A stretch of 63,974 bases of DNA, the filler included, from Octopus bimaculoides (lineage: Eukaryota), in the NCBI RefSeq assembly GCF_001194135.2. It is 6 parts of 6 records of this genome, joined end to end, with 100 filler letters (N's around TTAATTAATTAA, not from the genome) between each part and the next. Parts side by side here need not be neighbours in the genome. Positions count along the whole stretch, not along the records: positions 37,208 to 59,424 come from NC_068986.1; 5 more parts are not named here. The stretch is one strand, 5' to 3'. Under the pieces are notes generated by a model that did not search any database, was not told the origin of the DNA, and worked only from the letters and a program-made list of their open reading frames with translations. A program made the translations under genes and the position numbers. This document shows, piece after piece, positions 38,962 to 51,698 of this stretch (positions are counted from its first letter, which is position 1; every line of letters starts with the position of its first letter).

Positions 38962-39869
38962 GACTAGTTATGCTTAATTAAAAAATAACTTATTAACCGA
39001 AGTTTTAACATCATCTCCTTACAAATAGTCACCTTGCGCAGCAATACACCGGTCTCAGCGTTCCTGCCCCTTTTGGAATCCGGTCTGGAAGTTATTTTTC
39101 GTAAGCAAGTCGAAGACCTTCTGCGATTCACTCTGGATCTCGACAACGGTGTTTAAACGGTAACCTTTGAGCTGCATTTTAATATTGGGGGAAGAGATGG
39201 AAGTCGGCAGGTGATAAATATAGTGAAGAGGGCGAGTGCAGAAGCGATACTGTGTTGTCTTGGTGAGAAACTCACGTGTGGAGGAAACTCAGTGACAGGA
39301 TGCATTGTTGTCGTAAAGAATCCAATTCTTCGTGCTCCACAGATCCGGTCGCTTTCGCCATACGTCCTCTCTCAAACGCTTTAAAACGTCGCAGTAGAAC
39401 TCCCGATTGACGGTCCGGTTATGGAGGACGAATTCTCGATGCACAATACTACATTTCTGGGGATGAGGCTCGTAGCAGGTCTTCCAGATACCTCATTGTC
39501 GTCCAGGGACTTCTTTTGTTTTTGAAGGTCCCGTACCACTCGAAACATTGCATACGACCAGTTGCCTCGTCGCCGTAAGCCTGCCAAAATATGCTCAGTG
39601 TCGCCGTGGCAGACTTTCCAAGATTTAACGCAAAATTTCACGTTGGCTCTTTCTTCCAGCTTCCTGTCCATAACAAAAATCGCAGGCTACAGCATACATG
39701 TGATCACAACAACACAAATTTCACAACTTGCGAAGTAAACAGTGATATCACTGAGCACACTGCCTCGCCTCATGAAGGTCACTGCTAGCTCTCACTGCGC
39801 ATGCAACCGTAAACAGCCATCTGCTGGCACGCTACAAAACTAGTCTGAGAACTTTTTGATACCACTTGT
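38962..39869 (-). mobile_element. Mariner (DD34D-like) transposon remnant, frameshifted and internally deleted
   Basis: Minus strand MDRKLEERANVKFCVK..., SGRPATS, KRLREDVWRKRPDLWSTKNWILYDNNASCH, DRCIAAQGDY; inner TIR AACTAGTC (39838) has its inverse GACTAGTT at 38962, with the rest of that TIR in the N gap. Confidence 0.9.
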
Positions 39870-41800
39870 TTCTGTATCCCACACTAGAGTTAGGTTGCAA
39901 TTTTCATATATATATATATATATATATATANNNNNNNNNNNNNNNNNNNNNNNNNNNNNNNNNNNNNNNNNNNNNNNNNNNNNNNNNNNNNNNNNNNNNN
40001 NNNNNNNNNNNNNNNNNNNNNNNNNNNNNNNNNNNNNNNNNNNNNNNNNNNNNNNNNNNNNNNNNNNNNNNNNNNNNNNNNNNNNNNNNNNNNNNNNNNN
40101 NNNNNNNNNNNNNNNNNNNNNNNNNNNNNNNNNNNNNNNNNNNNNNNNNNNNNNNNNNNNNNNNNNNNNNNNNNNNNNNNNNNNNNNNNNNNNNNNNNNN
40201 NNNNNNNNNNNNNNNNNNNNNNNNNNNNNNNNNNNNNNNNNNNNNNNNNNNNNNNNNNNNNNNNNNNNNNNNNNNNNNNNNNNNNNNNNNNNNNNNNNNN
40301 NNNNNNNNNNNNNNNNNNNNNNNNNNNNNNNNNNNNNNNNNNNNNNNNNNNNNNNNNNNNNNNNNNNNNNNNNNNNNNNNNNNNNNNNNNNNNNNNNNNN
40401 NNNNNNNNNNNNNNNNNNNNNNNNNNNNNNNNNNNNNNNNNNNNNNNNNNNNNNNNNNNNNNNNNNNNNNNNNNNNNNNNNNNNNNNNNNNNNNNNNNNN
40501 NNNNNNNNNNNNNNNNNNNNNNNNNNNNNNNNNNNNNNNNNNNNNNNNNNNNNNNNNNNNNNNNNNNNNNNNNNNNNNNNNNNNNNNNNNNNNNNNNNNN
40601 NNNNNNNNNNNNNNNNNNNNNNNNNNNNNNATATATAATTTCAATAAGGGATTTGGAAAATAGGCGTACGGTTAAAAAAATAGACATAATGTTAAAGAAG
40701 TATTTCCTCATTGAAGCCATAAAAAACATCCTGAATATAAGGAGAGACAAAGATAACAAAATAAAGATAAAAAAAAAATAAAGAATAAGAATTAATAAGA
40801 AAACATACAAAGATGAGAAATCAAATTAAAAACAAAAAATAACAATAATAGTTAAATAAATAGTAAGGATAGGTCGAGGTATTCTTAACAAGTAAATCAA
40901 ATTAAGATGAGGATATCATTGGATGCAGTTTTTATAAAATACAATATTACAGGCAGTGTTGTATACAGAATTATATAGTTCATAAGATATATCTGAGGCG
41001 TATTACCTGATAACTCATTATAAATATACCCATTCTGACTGATAGAGTAAAAGTCTTGAAATTGAAGGGAAAAACAGTGTAATCACCGAATAAACGTAGT
41101 ACACTAGCTGCATTAGATCTTTTGATGATAAGGGGATAGATAAAAATTGTAGCTAAATTACCATCTCATGACCCTTACTGTGATCCACTTCTGCCACTCC
41201 AAAATTGTAGTTGTTTCTCTCTAAGCTTATTCTGCTACAATAGTAGCAGCATGGAATTCTTTCATTCTCTAGCCCCGACGAAATATTTACTAAAAATTAT
41301 AAGAAGAATATTCTGTCTGTTGAAAATCTATATTTTTGCTACTGAAGATGGCGGCGTATTTCAAACTGATGTAATGCTTGCATTGTTTTAGATTAAATAG
41401 AGCCGCCGAAAACGCATTAATACCTTGACATCCTTGTTACTTATTTGCTTTATACACACACATACACACACACACACCTATATATATACATATATATATA
41501 CACACACACCTATATATATACATATATATATACACACACACCTATATATATACATATATACACACACACACACACNNNNNNNNNNNNNNNNNNNNNNNNN
41601 NNNNNNNNNNNNNNNNNNNNNNNNNNNNNNNNNNNNNNNNNNNNNNNNNNNNNNNNNNNNNNNNNNNNNNNNNNNNNNNNNNNNNNNNNNNNNNNNNNNN
41701 NNNNNNNNNNNNNNNNNNNNNNNNNNNNNNNNNNNNNNNNNNNNNNNNNNNNNNNNNNNNNNNNNNNNNNNNNNNNNNNNNNNNNNNNNNNNNNNNNNNN

Positions 41801-41835
<35 letters not shown>

Positions 41836-41840
<5 letters not shown>

Positions 41841-43184
41841 GATCGTTACGTTGTTATTGCGGCTGCATCGTTATCTTGTTTACTGTTACATCACTGTTAC
41901 AGTGTATCTAAACCATCCATCACAATATCGTGGTGGTACCACGACATTTGGAGACGAAGGATAGCCCGTGGTCTAGGGTACACATCGATAACGCTGGATC
42001 GCTGAACAGCGCTTACCATCAAATCATTGTTGATAGCGGTACACAGTCACCAGAGGTATACAGGTGCAATAAACCAACCGCAAAGACAACAATAAGGTTA
42101 CTGTATGAATTATTTGCCCGATACAGTGTTCCAGACGCGTTAGTATCAGATAATGGAACACAATTTACGGGTCGTGAATTCAAAAATTTCTACAAAATAC
42201 ATGCGATAAAGCATATTTTTTCCCCACCTTACCACCAGTGGTAAAACAAGCAGGTAGAAAGATTCGTTAATACTATCAAGCGAGCGTTAAAAAGAGTAAA
42301 TAATGACGTAGGTAATGATGAAGCCCTAATGAAATTCTTGAGGGTATGTAGAGTAACGCCCAATCCGAATACCAGTCTCTGGCAGTGCTAATGTTCATGC
42401 GAAAAATAAATTCGATCTTCCATAAATTATTGCCAGGAAAAAATATATTTAATGGAAATACAGAAAATGCAACAAAATATTTCGAAGTAGGAGATAAAGT
42501 TCATTTAAAAATTTACAAATATGGCAACGAAGGCTGGGAGGATGGTTTTGTGACTAAAAGACTAGGAAATATGATGTGTGTAATTAAAGGATTACACTGG
42601 GAACATGAGACACTTAAACCAATTAATGACGAAACATACTGAAAAACAAAAGGAAATACCAATGGAAGTCTGCTATGACGTGCTTGAGGTGCCAGCACCG
42701 AAAGTGATAGACCCTCGTAGAAGCAGCAGTAGAAAAAGGAAACAGACTGTACACTTAGAAATAATGTCAGAACGAAGAAGATATTAAATTTTCTATAAAG
42801 AAAAAAAGGGGAGAGGTGCTGGAAAAATAAAAAAATAAAATAAATTTCACTTCTTACGGAAGTCGAAATCTCAGAAGGAGTGATGTGTTGAGAGCTACGA
42901 CACCTCCTTGCGAGAAGTAGCCTGGACTAAGCGATTATAAATAGTAGCGATCGGAATGGAGTTTGTGTGTTATTTCAGTTGAGTTCACAGTGAAGTCGGA
43001 AGCTGTCGGCTGGTTTGTTGGTTTGGAATATTGATTGTTGGTTCATGAAGAGATTGTTCGACCATTACGTTGTTATTACGGCTGCATCGTTATCTTGCTT
43101 ACTGTTACAACACTGGTACAGTGCATCTAAGCCATCCGTCACAATATCGTGGTGGTACCACATTTGGAGACGAAGGATACAACA
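41836..43184 (+). mobile_element. Deleted Ty3/Gypsy LTR retrotransposon: partial LTR, PBS-like, integrase, PPT, LTR, PBS-like
   Basis: Integrase PWSRVHIDNAG...LFARYSVPDALVSDNGTQFTGREF...SPPYHQW*NKQVERFVNTIKRAL (41964-42380); PPT AAAAAAAGGGGAGAGG then TG at 42817; 41836-41963 matches 43055-43179 with 10 substitutions and one 3-bp indel; (TA)n on both sides. Confidence 0.9.
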
Positions 43185-43838
43185 TATATATACATATATA
43201 NNNNNNNNNNNNNNNNNNNNNNNNNNNNNNNNNNNNNNNNNNNNNNNNNNNNNNNNNNNNNNNNNNNNNNNNNNNNNNNNNNNNNNNNNNNNNNNNNNNN
43301 NNNNNNNNNNNNNNNNNNNNNNNNNNNNNNNNNNNNNNNNNNNNNNNNNNNNNNNNNNTATATATATATATATCAATATCAAACATAAATAAAAAACAGA
43401 ACACAAATGATATCGCGGTACACGTGTTTCAAGCTTTATAAACAATCTGTTATTATATCAGCATAGGTATAGTATTGATATAAAAGATGGTGTAAAGCTC
43501 TCCTCAGCCGTAGTCCAAAGATTACATCACAAAAGAAAAAGTACACGTAGTATTACTCATTATAATAGGTTTATCACATCCCTTTGAAAAGGTATATGTG
43601 TTAATTAGATGAAACCTGCCTGTATATCTATTTCCTTTAAAATTAATCATTTTTTAGGATAATGAGAAATGTAATTATAATTGTACAAAATATTATATCC
43701 TATATCTTCACTGTATATAATTTTTTTATATTGAAACAAAGTGCATAATACGAACGCACCAAAAAGGAAAGTGCGAAAATTCATTATAAAATATAATTTT
43801 TATATAATAGTGAATATTAATGTAATAGTAGTTTTATT

Positions 43839-43957
43839 ATAAAACCAAGGAATAGATTACCTATATCTATACAAGTAAGAAGAGCTAGCAAGAATATCAT
43901 AAAACCAAGGCATAGATTATCTATATCTATATAAGTAAAAATAGCTAGCAAGAATAT
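43839..43957. repeat. 60-bp tandem duplication (2 copies)
   Basis: ATAAAACCAAGG.ATAGATTA.CTATATCTATA.AAGTAA.AA.AGCTAGCAAGAATAT twice at 60-bp spacing. Confidence 0.9.
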
Positions 43958-45081
43958 TTATCGACTATATAGTAAGAAGAGAATCGTTGGATTTCAAAAA
44001 TCTGCCCATGCTGTACCACTATTCAGCATAGACTGTGAGTTTATATTTAACTAGCGTGTATAAGATAGAAAGAAAAGATAAAAGTCAAAAAAATAAAAAG
44101 TAAAAAATAAAAAGAAAGAAAGAGATCTTGATATTATGTAAATAGAGGAATTTATTTGTAAATGATATGTGACAATTATTCGGTAGCCATGATGAAACTC
44201 CGAATGTCGGATGTCGGGGCGGAAACCCACGCCGCCATCTCTTCAATTATCTGGCCATTGAAAAATGCCTGCACACCTACGTACATGCGCCTTTGTTTAG
44301 NNNNNNNNNNNNNNNNNNNNNNNNNNNNNNNNNNNNNNNNNNNNNNNNNNNNNNNNNNNNNNNNNNNNNNNNNNNNNNNNNNNNNNNNNNNNNNNNNNNN
44401 NNNNNNNNNNNNNNNNNNNNNNNNNNNNNNNNNNNNNNNNNNNNNNNNNNNNNNNNNNNNNNNNNNNNNNNNNNNNNNNNNNNNNNNNNNNNNNNNNNNN
44501 NNNNNNNNNNNNNNNNNNNNNNNNNNNNNNNNNNNNNNNNNNNNNNNNNNNNNNNNNNNNNNNNNNNNNNNNNNNNNNNNNNNNNNNNNNNNNNNNNNNN
44601 NNNNNNNNNNNNNNNNNNNNNNNNNNNNNNNNNNNNNNNNNNNNNNNNNNNNNNNNNNNNNNNNNNNNNNNNNNNNNNNNNNNNNNNNNNNNNNNNNNNN
44701 NNNNNNNNNNNNNNNNNNNNNNNNNNNNNNNNNNNNNNNNNNNNNNNNNNNNNNNNNNNNNNNNNNNNNNNNNNNNNNNNNNNNNNNNNNNNNNNNNNNN
44801 NNNNNNNNNNNNNNNNNNNNNNNNNNNNNNNNNNNNNNNAGAGGGAGAGAGAGAGGGAGGGAGAGAGAGAGGGAGAGAGAGAGGAGGAGAGAGAAAGAGA
44901 AAGAGAATAAAAAAGATTACAAGTAACAAAGTTATACATTTTCTACCGTTCTTCCTGGTATGTCGTAATACTAAACTTGCTTCTTACCTTGCCTCAGGAA
45001 CAAAAAAACTGTAGCGGAAGAATATAGTCTGTTTGATTTATTTAGCGTGTTGCTGTTGCATATTTTATTGATTCATATATA

Positions 45082-45490
45082 CAGGGTATGCCAGATTTAA
45101 CTATCTATTTCTGCGAAATCGGACAATTTTTATAAATCACTCACTCTTATTTATGTTTATCATGTTTAATGTATTAAACGTGTATACATTTTTAATATAG
45201 TCTATTATTTTATAACTTGATTTTATAATTTTAGTTTCATTCCTGTTGGATCCTGCTTATATGTCTATAACGGTTTTTTTTAAAAATATAGCCGCAGACA
45301 TGTTTTTTTTACCATTATTCCCGGGATGGAGCAAAACAGTATAACTGAACTTAAAGAAAGCATTCAGTTAGCAATGCAGGAGTAACTCCTGAAATGCTTC
45401 AAAATGTGCTTCGCAACGCTAAGGATAGATTTGGAATTTGCAGAGATACAGACGGTGCACATGTTGAAAATAAGGTTTTGACGTAAGATT
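45082..45490 (+). mobile_element. Tc1-like transposon remnant (left TIR-like end plus transposase C-terminus)
   Basis: TA|CAGGGTATGCC start; 45325-45485 reads EQNSITELKESIQLA...TPEMLQNVLRNAKDRFGICRDTDGAHVEN with a frameshift. Confidence 0.6.
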
Positions 45491-45744
45491 TATAAATCTT
45501 CTTGTTTTTGATATCATAATTTAGTAATAAAGACAGAATTCTGAGGTATATTTGTGTATATACAATTAGTAAGCCTAGTTTTGTGATGGCTACCGAATTA
45601 TTGTCACATATTATTTATAGATATATATGATAAGCCTAGTTTTGTGTTATTTGATGCTACAATATATAAACGTTACACTAATTACAAGTAATTAACCATT
45701 TCCAGTCATTTCCCAGAAACGGCTTTAACATTTATTTACTATAA

Positions 45745-46078
45745 GGCGGCGAGCTTACAGAATTGTTAGCACGCCGGGCGAAATGCTCAGCAGCATTTCG
45801 TCCATATCCACATTCCGAGTTCAAATTCCACCGAGGTCGACTTTGCCTTTCATCCTTTCGGAGTCAATAAAATAAGTACCAGCTGAGCACTGCGATCGAT
45901 GTCATCGATTTGCCTCTTCCTCCGAAACTGCTGGCCTTTTGCCAAAATTTGAAATCAATATGTATTTACTACTTTTCAAATGAAAGCGAGATCGATAAAT
46001 TAAGTACTATGGTCGATCTAAACGACTGGTTCCCTCCTCCAAAATTTCGGACCTTGTGCCGAGTGTAGAAAGGAATAA
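45745..46078 (+). mobile_element. Family B SINE plus a second 3' fragment
   Basis: AAGGCGGCGAGCTTACAGAATTGTTAGCACGCCGGGCGAAATGCT...GAGTTCAAATTCC. Confidence 0.85.
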
Positions 46079-46173
46079 CTATGGAACTGGATAATTTATA
46101 TAAACTGAACTCAGTTTTACTTGAAGTGGTTGCGACTGAAATTTGGCGACTGACGCATAAATTTCTCGGTGAG

Positions 46174-46513
46174 AATTCCGAGAACAACGGAAATTTCGTT
46201 TACATGTTGTGAATTCAACGTGTATCGACCACAAGTGTCACACCATATTCATATTCATTTATGACCTTAAATGTATTTATATTCTAGTTATTATGACCCG
46301 GTCATCAACATCATGGTAGCATGTAAATTAGCTAGGTGTGACACAAAGTTGTTTGCATTTTAATAAGTACCTCTTATCCACTTAAGTGTGCGCGTGTGTG
46401 TGTATACATATACATACATATATATATATATATATACATACAAATATATACATACATATATACACACATATATGCATGCATGCATATATATACGTATATA
46501 TACATACATACAT

Positions 46514-46596
<83 letters not shown>

Positions 46597-46817
46597 GGCA
46601 CACAGATATAACTTTTAAAATGATACTTAATAAATTGTGAACAACTTTGTCATACCCAGCAAATTTATATACTGCTATAATATTGACGACCGGTTCTTAG
46701 CAACTAAAGTATCAATGCAGTGAATGCCACAAATAAATATCAGTACGGCGTGACACTTGTGTCAGATACACTGTAAATTCACAAACACTGAACGAAACCT
46801 CCAATGTTCTCAGAATT
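46174..46817. mobile_element. Old foldback element with ~195-bp inverted arms around a (TA)/(CA) microsatellite core
   Basis: 46174-46369 pairs with 46624-46817 almost in register, about 70% identity by eye (e.g. CACAAGTGTCAC / GTGACACTTGTG). Confidence 0.8.
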
Positions 46818-47259
46818 TATTTACATCACTTACTAAATTATATATGTGTATATTACAATGAAAAATGCAGGCGCATGCAAGTTTATAATATTCTTAAGTT
46901 ATTGCACCTGGAAATGTACAGAACAAGATTTCTACAGTAGAATTTGCCTAATTCATCACCTCTAAAGGAAACTAAAAAGTACTTAAAATTAAAATTCTTC
47001 AGTACTTGAAATATTGCAGCCGAAAATAACATTTTTTAAATGTTGCTATGTTTTATTAAAGCAAAAACTATAAACCCATTACTGCCCATCCGATCGTAAG
47101 ACTATTCAGAAACTCTTTTCATGTGTAGCCCTAGTAATTTTTATTATTTTCAGAAAAAATTTTTTAATTATTTAAGTCTGTATTTAAGCCCATGTGCTTA
47201 TTTTTGGAAAAAGCATTATTTGAAAAGTAAAATAAAATAAAATTAATTTGAAATAAATA

Positions 47260-47360
47260 CAGTAGAATTCGCCTAATTAGTCATCCCTGGGAGAAAATTG
47301 AAAGTGACAAATTAGGTGAAGTAACGAATTAGCCAAAGACGAATTAGGTTAACTCTACTG
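47260..47360. mobile_element. 101-bp pogo/Tigger-like MITE
   Basis: TA|CAGTAGAATTCGCCTAATT...AATTAGGTTAACTCTACTG|TA; a lone left end recurs at 46935. Confidence 0.75.
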
Positions 47361-47988
47361 TATTAATGCTAACTAATAAATTTTACTTATTTGTCAGATT
47401 AATTTATTTTTTTTAATGTGAAAGGATTAACTGAGCATATGGTTGATTTGAAACCTTTTAATGACCATTCTACTGCAATCAATGTTTTTTTTTTTTTTTT
47501 TTTTTGTAATGGGATTTCAATTCAAGTGAAAAGATATCTTGTGTAATATTATTTACAACTTCATATTTTATTGTTTGTACTTGATACAACTAAATAAAAT
47601 GACTATTTTAACTGTATATTTCAAGACATGATTAAAAAAAACTTTTTGGTTTAAATTTATTTTTGATTATATTTGTACTATGTTATTAAAGATTTACGTG
47701 TTTTCTTTTTAGATTCTCATAATAAATAAAATAAATTATCTCAAATTTACCTAATATAGTGGATTTTGATTTTAAAGATGTTATTCTCGGCTGCAATATT
47801 TTAAGTACAGTAGAATTTTAAGTACTTTTTAGTATTTAGTGTTTATTTACGATGGACAGCAGAAAAGTCCAATTGCCATCAATTGTTGTCAACTTACTCC
47901 CTCTCTCCTTAAAGCTACGTATTTGTCGCACTCACTTTTGTTTCCCTTCATGGGCATTTAAATGTTACTTATGTGTATGTTCATGTGT

Positions 47989-48024
<36 letters not shown>

Positions 48025-48404
48025 AAGTATGTATGCAGTGTCGCGCGCGTGTATATCCCTGAAGTCGATTTCAGGCGTTATTTTCCCTTTTTGAAATATC
48101 ATATTTGGAATCTCAACTTTTTTCTACTGAACCAAATTTCGAATTTTATAGCTCAAAATGTAGCTTAGGAGGTGACCAATCTAAAAATGCGTAAGCATCA
48201 AATTTGGTACAAAAAAAAAATTGAATCAATGACAAAGCCTAAAAGTGGTCGTGAGTGAGTAAATGTTGACCTTAAGAATATTATTCACACACTGCTGTGT
48301 GTAAATGATATTTATTACAATATAGTGTATTTTATGAATATGAGGCAGATCTTTGCAAGATACCTAAATACTGAAGTAAATCAAACATTTTACAAAGTTG
48401 CTTT

Positions 48405-48615
48405 CCAATTTTGGAAGAAGGCCATCATCGAATCCGGAGGAGAGAGGAATTGATTACATTGACCTCAGTGCTCAGCGGATACTCATTTTATCGAGTACCG
48501 AAAAGACAAAAAGAAAAGAAGACTTCGGCGGAATTTGTACTCAGAATGTAGAGACAGACGAAATGCTGCGAAGCTTTCACCGTGCGTGTTAACGACTGTG
48601 CCAGCTCGTCGTCTT
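48405..48615 (-). mobile_element. Family B SINE (diverged)
   Basis: GACTTCGGCGGAATTTGTACTCAGAATGTAG...GCCAGCTCGTCG. Confidence 0.75.
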
Positions 48616-49467
48616 AGTACAGGAATAAGTAGCATTACTTGAAAATTGTTTTTAAGTACTTTTGGCACATTTAGCTTATATAATAACTTTTTTCCTTTTG
48701 AACATTTTCTTGAAAAGGTTAGCACCACGGCACTCGTCTTGATGAGTTCTATCCTATGAAGTAAAAACAAAATTAGATTTTGAATTTGATTTTAAGTGTT
48801 ATCACTATTTTCAGTACATTTGAATTTTTTTAATATATAATTGGCATCATCGGATTCCTCAATTGGAGAGCTATCAGAAACGTTAAATTTAAATATAGCT
48901 TTCTTTTGAAATAAGAATAATATTTGGAGTCTCCCATTTTTGATCTCACATATTTTACTGAAACTTTTTTTCTGCCGAAGCAATTTTCAAATTTTGTAGC
49001 TGAAAATGTAGCTTATGATGTGACCAATCTAAAAATGTAACCACCATCTAATTTGGTTGAAACCTGAGTTAGTGACAAAGTCTAGAATTGGTCGCGAGTG
49101 ACCTTAAGAATATTATTCATGCACTACCATATGTGAATTATATGTATGTATATAGATGTGTATGTGAGTACATGCATATATACTAATATATACCAATAAA
49201 CCGATTGGGAAAACCTATCACTAACGTACCTATAATGACTATTGAAAACAACTGTAGGCCAAATTTACTCAAATAAAGGAAAAATATGTAATGACCATTA
49301 TCTATAACTTGCCTTATATATATATATACGAAGCATGTATGTTAATATGTGTGTGTATACATATATACCTATACACACACACATATATATGCATATATAT
49401 ATATATGCAGAGAAAGTGAGAGGGAGCGATAAGGAGCAAGCGATAGTGAGTGAGAGAGAAAAAGTGT

Positions 49468-49680
49468 TTAGTTTCAAATTGTGGCACAAGGCCAGCAATT
49501 TCGAGGGAGGGGGCAGATAGTTACGTCGCTCCAAGTGCTCAAATGGTACATATTTTATCGACCCCGAAAGGATGAAAAGCGAAGTCGACGTTGGCAGAAT
49601 TTGAACTCAGAACGTAAAGACGCACAAAATATTGCGAAACATTTTGTCAGGCGTGCTAACAATTCTGCCAGCCCGCCATC
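49468..49680 (-). mobile_element. Family B SINE
   Basis: TGGCACAAGGCCAGCAATTTCG...TTTATCGACCCCGAAAGGATGAAA...GAATTTGAACTCAGAACG. Confidence 0.85.
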
Positions 49681-50010
49681 TTGTTTTGGAGAAATATTAA
49701 AAACTTGAACAAATTTCATTTGAGCCACTAACATTTACAATCATCAGTGTACGACCCAGATGAAAGAGCCTTGACCTACTAAAAACTAACAGCCAAATAT
49801 ATCTATTATAAATATAAAAAAGACCTCTCCCTTGTATCTTACAATAAGACATGCTAAACAATGCGGTCCAATGCATAGGTAAAATACTGAATGGTCTCCA
49901 TTGGAATGCATTTGATTTCAGCACCCACACATACGCTTGCTGCATGAATATTTATATACACTTGTGTATGAATGCAAGTATGCATGTATGTATGTATGTA
50001 TGTATGTATG

Positions 50011-50051
<41 letters not shown>

Positions 50052-50199
50052 CTTAGAGTCGTTCATAGAGCTAAGTGCTTTATGTATGCGAAACTACTGG
50101 TCACTCTATGACCGGACATATATTTAACTAGAATGAAATATATTCCTGCTATATACTTTAGACACACATATTCCCATACATCTCTCGCCTCTAACTGCC

Positions 50200-50800
50200 T
50201 CTCCCCTCCACCCTCACATTTATACACCTCCTAACTCAGTACGCTCACCACATACACCATTATGCAAACACCTATAGACACTGTTCAATTCAGTACTCAC
50301 ACTACACACCACACCAGTACAGCGCCTAACTCAGTACCCTCACCACACACCATTGCGCACACACCCACATACATTCATGCACTTACACACATCCTCCCAC
50401 TCCACACACACTTGTACCCCACATCTCTCAGTACCCACACTACATACCGTTATGCACAACAAAATGCACACACACACTCCATGCACTAACATCCACACAC
50501 CCATACCCACACACATTCCATGCACTAACACACACACACAATAGCCTCACACACATACTATACACAGCCTCACACACATACTACACACAGCCTCACACAT
50601 ATACACGCGTCCATACACACACAAATACACGAAACGAACATCACTCCACAAAATCCACGCACTAGGTTACTTATACACATACACCCACACGTTCCCACGC
50701 CCACATAATTTTAAGCTCGCACACACATACATTCACACGTACTCACCCCCAGTCATACATATATACTCACACACCATCCTCACATACACGCATGCGCACT
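50200..50800. repeat. CA-rich cryptic low-complexity tract
   Basis: Degenerate CACAC/CATAC/CTCAGTAC units. Confidence 0.8.
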
Positions 50801-50929
50801 CTTATTCAGCCGGGTCACCGTTATCATCACCCTTTCACTCAGCTTCTCTCTTCCGGTCATTTCATCGTGTTGAACCGTTAAGCCCTACGCATCTTTTCTC
50901 TTTCCTTTTTTTTTTTTTTTTTTCGTTCT

Positions 50930-51073
50930 CACTCCATTTTTTTACCCTCTTAATCTTGTCTGTGAAAGAGCGTAGGCTCGAAACGTCAAAGGCTTTTCCA
51001 TTCTTCACAAGTGTTAAATTAATACACCTACTTGTTTCCACACCTGTCTTCGTCTTTTGTTTTCTGTAAATTT
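50930..51073 (+). mobile_element. Penelope-type terminal repeat fragment with a decayed hammerhead motif (50955-50993)
   Basis: CTTGT-CTGTGAA-A-GAGC-GTAG-GCTC-GAAAC-GTC-AAAGG. Confidence 0.55.
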
Positions 51074-51662
51074 NNNNNNNNNNNNNNNNNNNNNNNNNNN
51101 NNNNNNNNNNNNNNNNNNNNNNNNNNNNNNNNNNNNNNNNNNNNNNNNNNNNNNNNNNNNNNNNNNNNNNNNNNNNNNNNNNNNNNNNNNNNNNNNNNNN
51201 NNNNNNNNNNNNNNNNNNNNNNNNNNNNNNNNNNNNNNNNNNNNNNNNNNNNNNNNNNNNNNNNNNNNNNNNNNNNNNNNNNNNNNNNNNNNNNNNNNNN
51301 NNNNNNNNNNNNNNNNNNNNNNNNNNNNNNNNNNNNNNNNNNNNNNNNNNNNNNNNNNNNNNNNNNNNNNNNNNNNNNNNNNNNNNNNNNNNNNNNNNNN
51401 NNNNNNNNNNNNNNNNNNNNNNNNNNNNNNNNNNNNNNNNNNNNNNNNNNNNNNNNNNNNNNNNNNNNNNNNNTACTTAACACAACAAAGCTTATACAAA
51501 GCTTTACATTTTACTTTTGACAATCTTTCTCTAGCAAAATGAAACCGGTCAAGTCAATAAACATCTTTAAAATTGCATTTTCAAACCTTCTTTCATATAT
51601 ATATATTTTGTGGATTTTCATCGATGAGTTCATGAACCTTGGTTCTTTTCTCTAAAACTATA

Positions 51663-51698
<36 letters not shown>

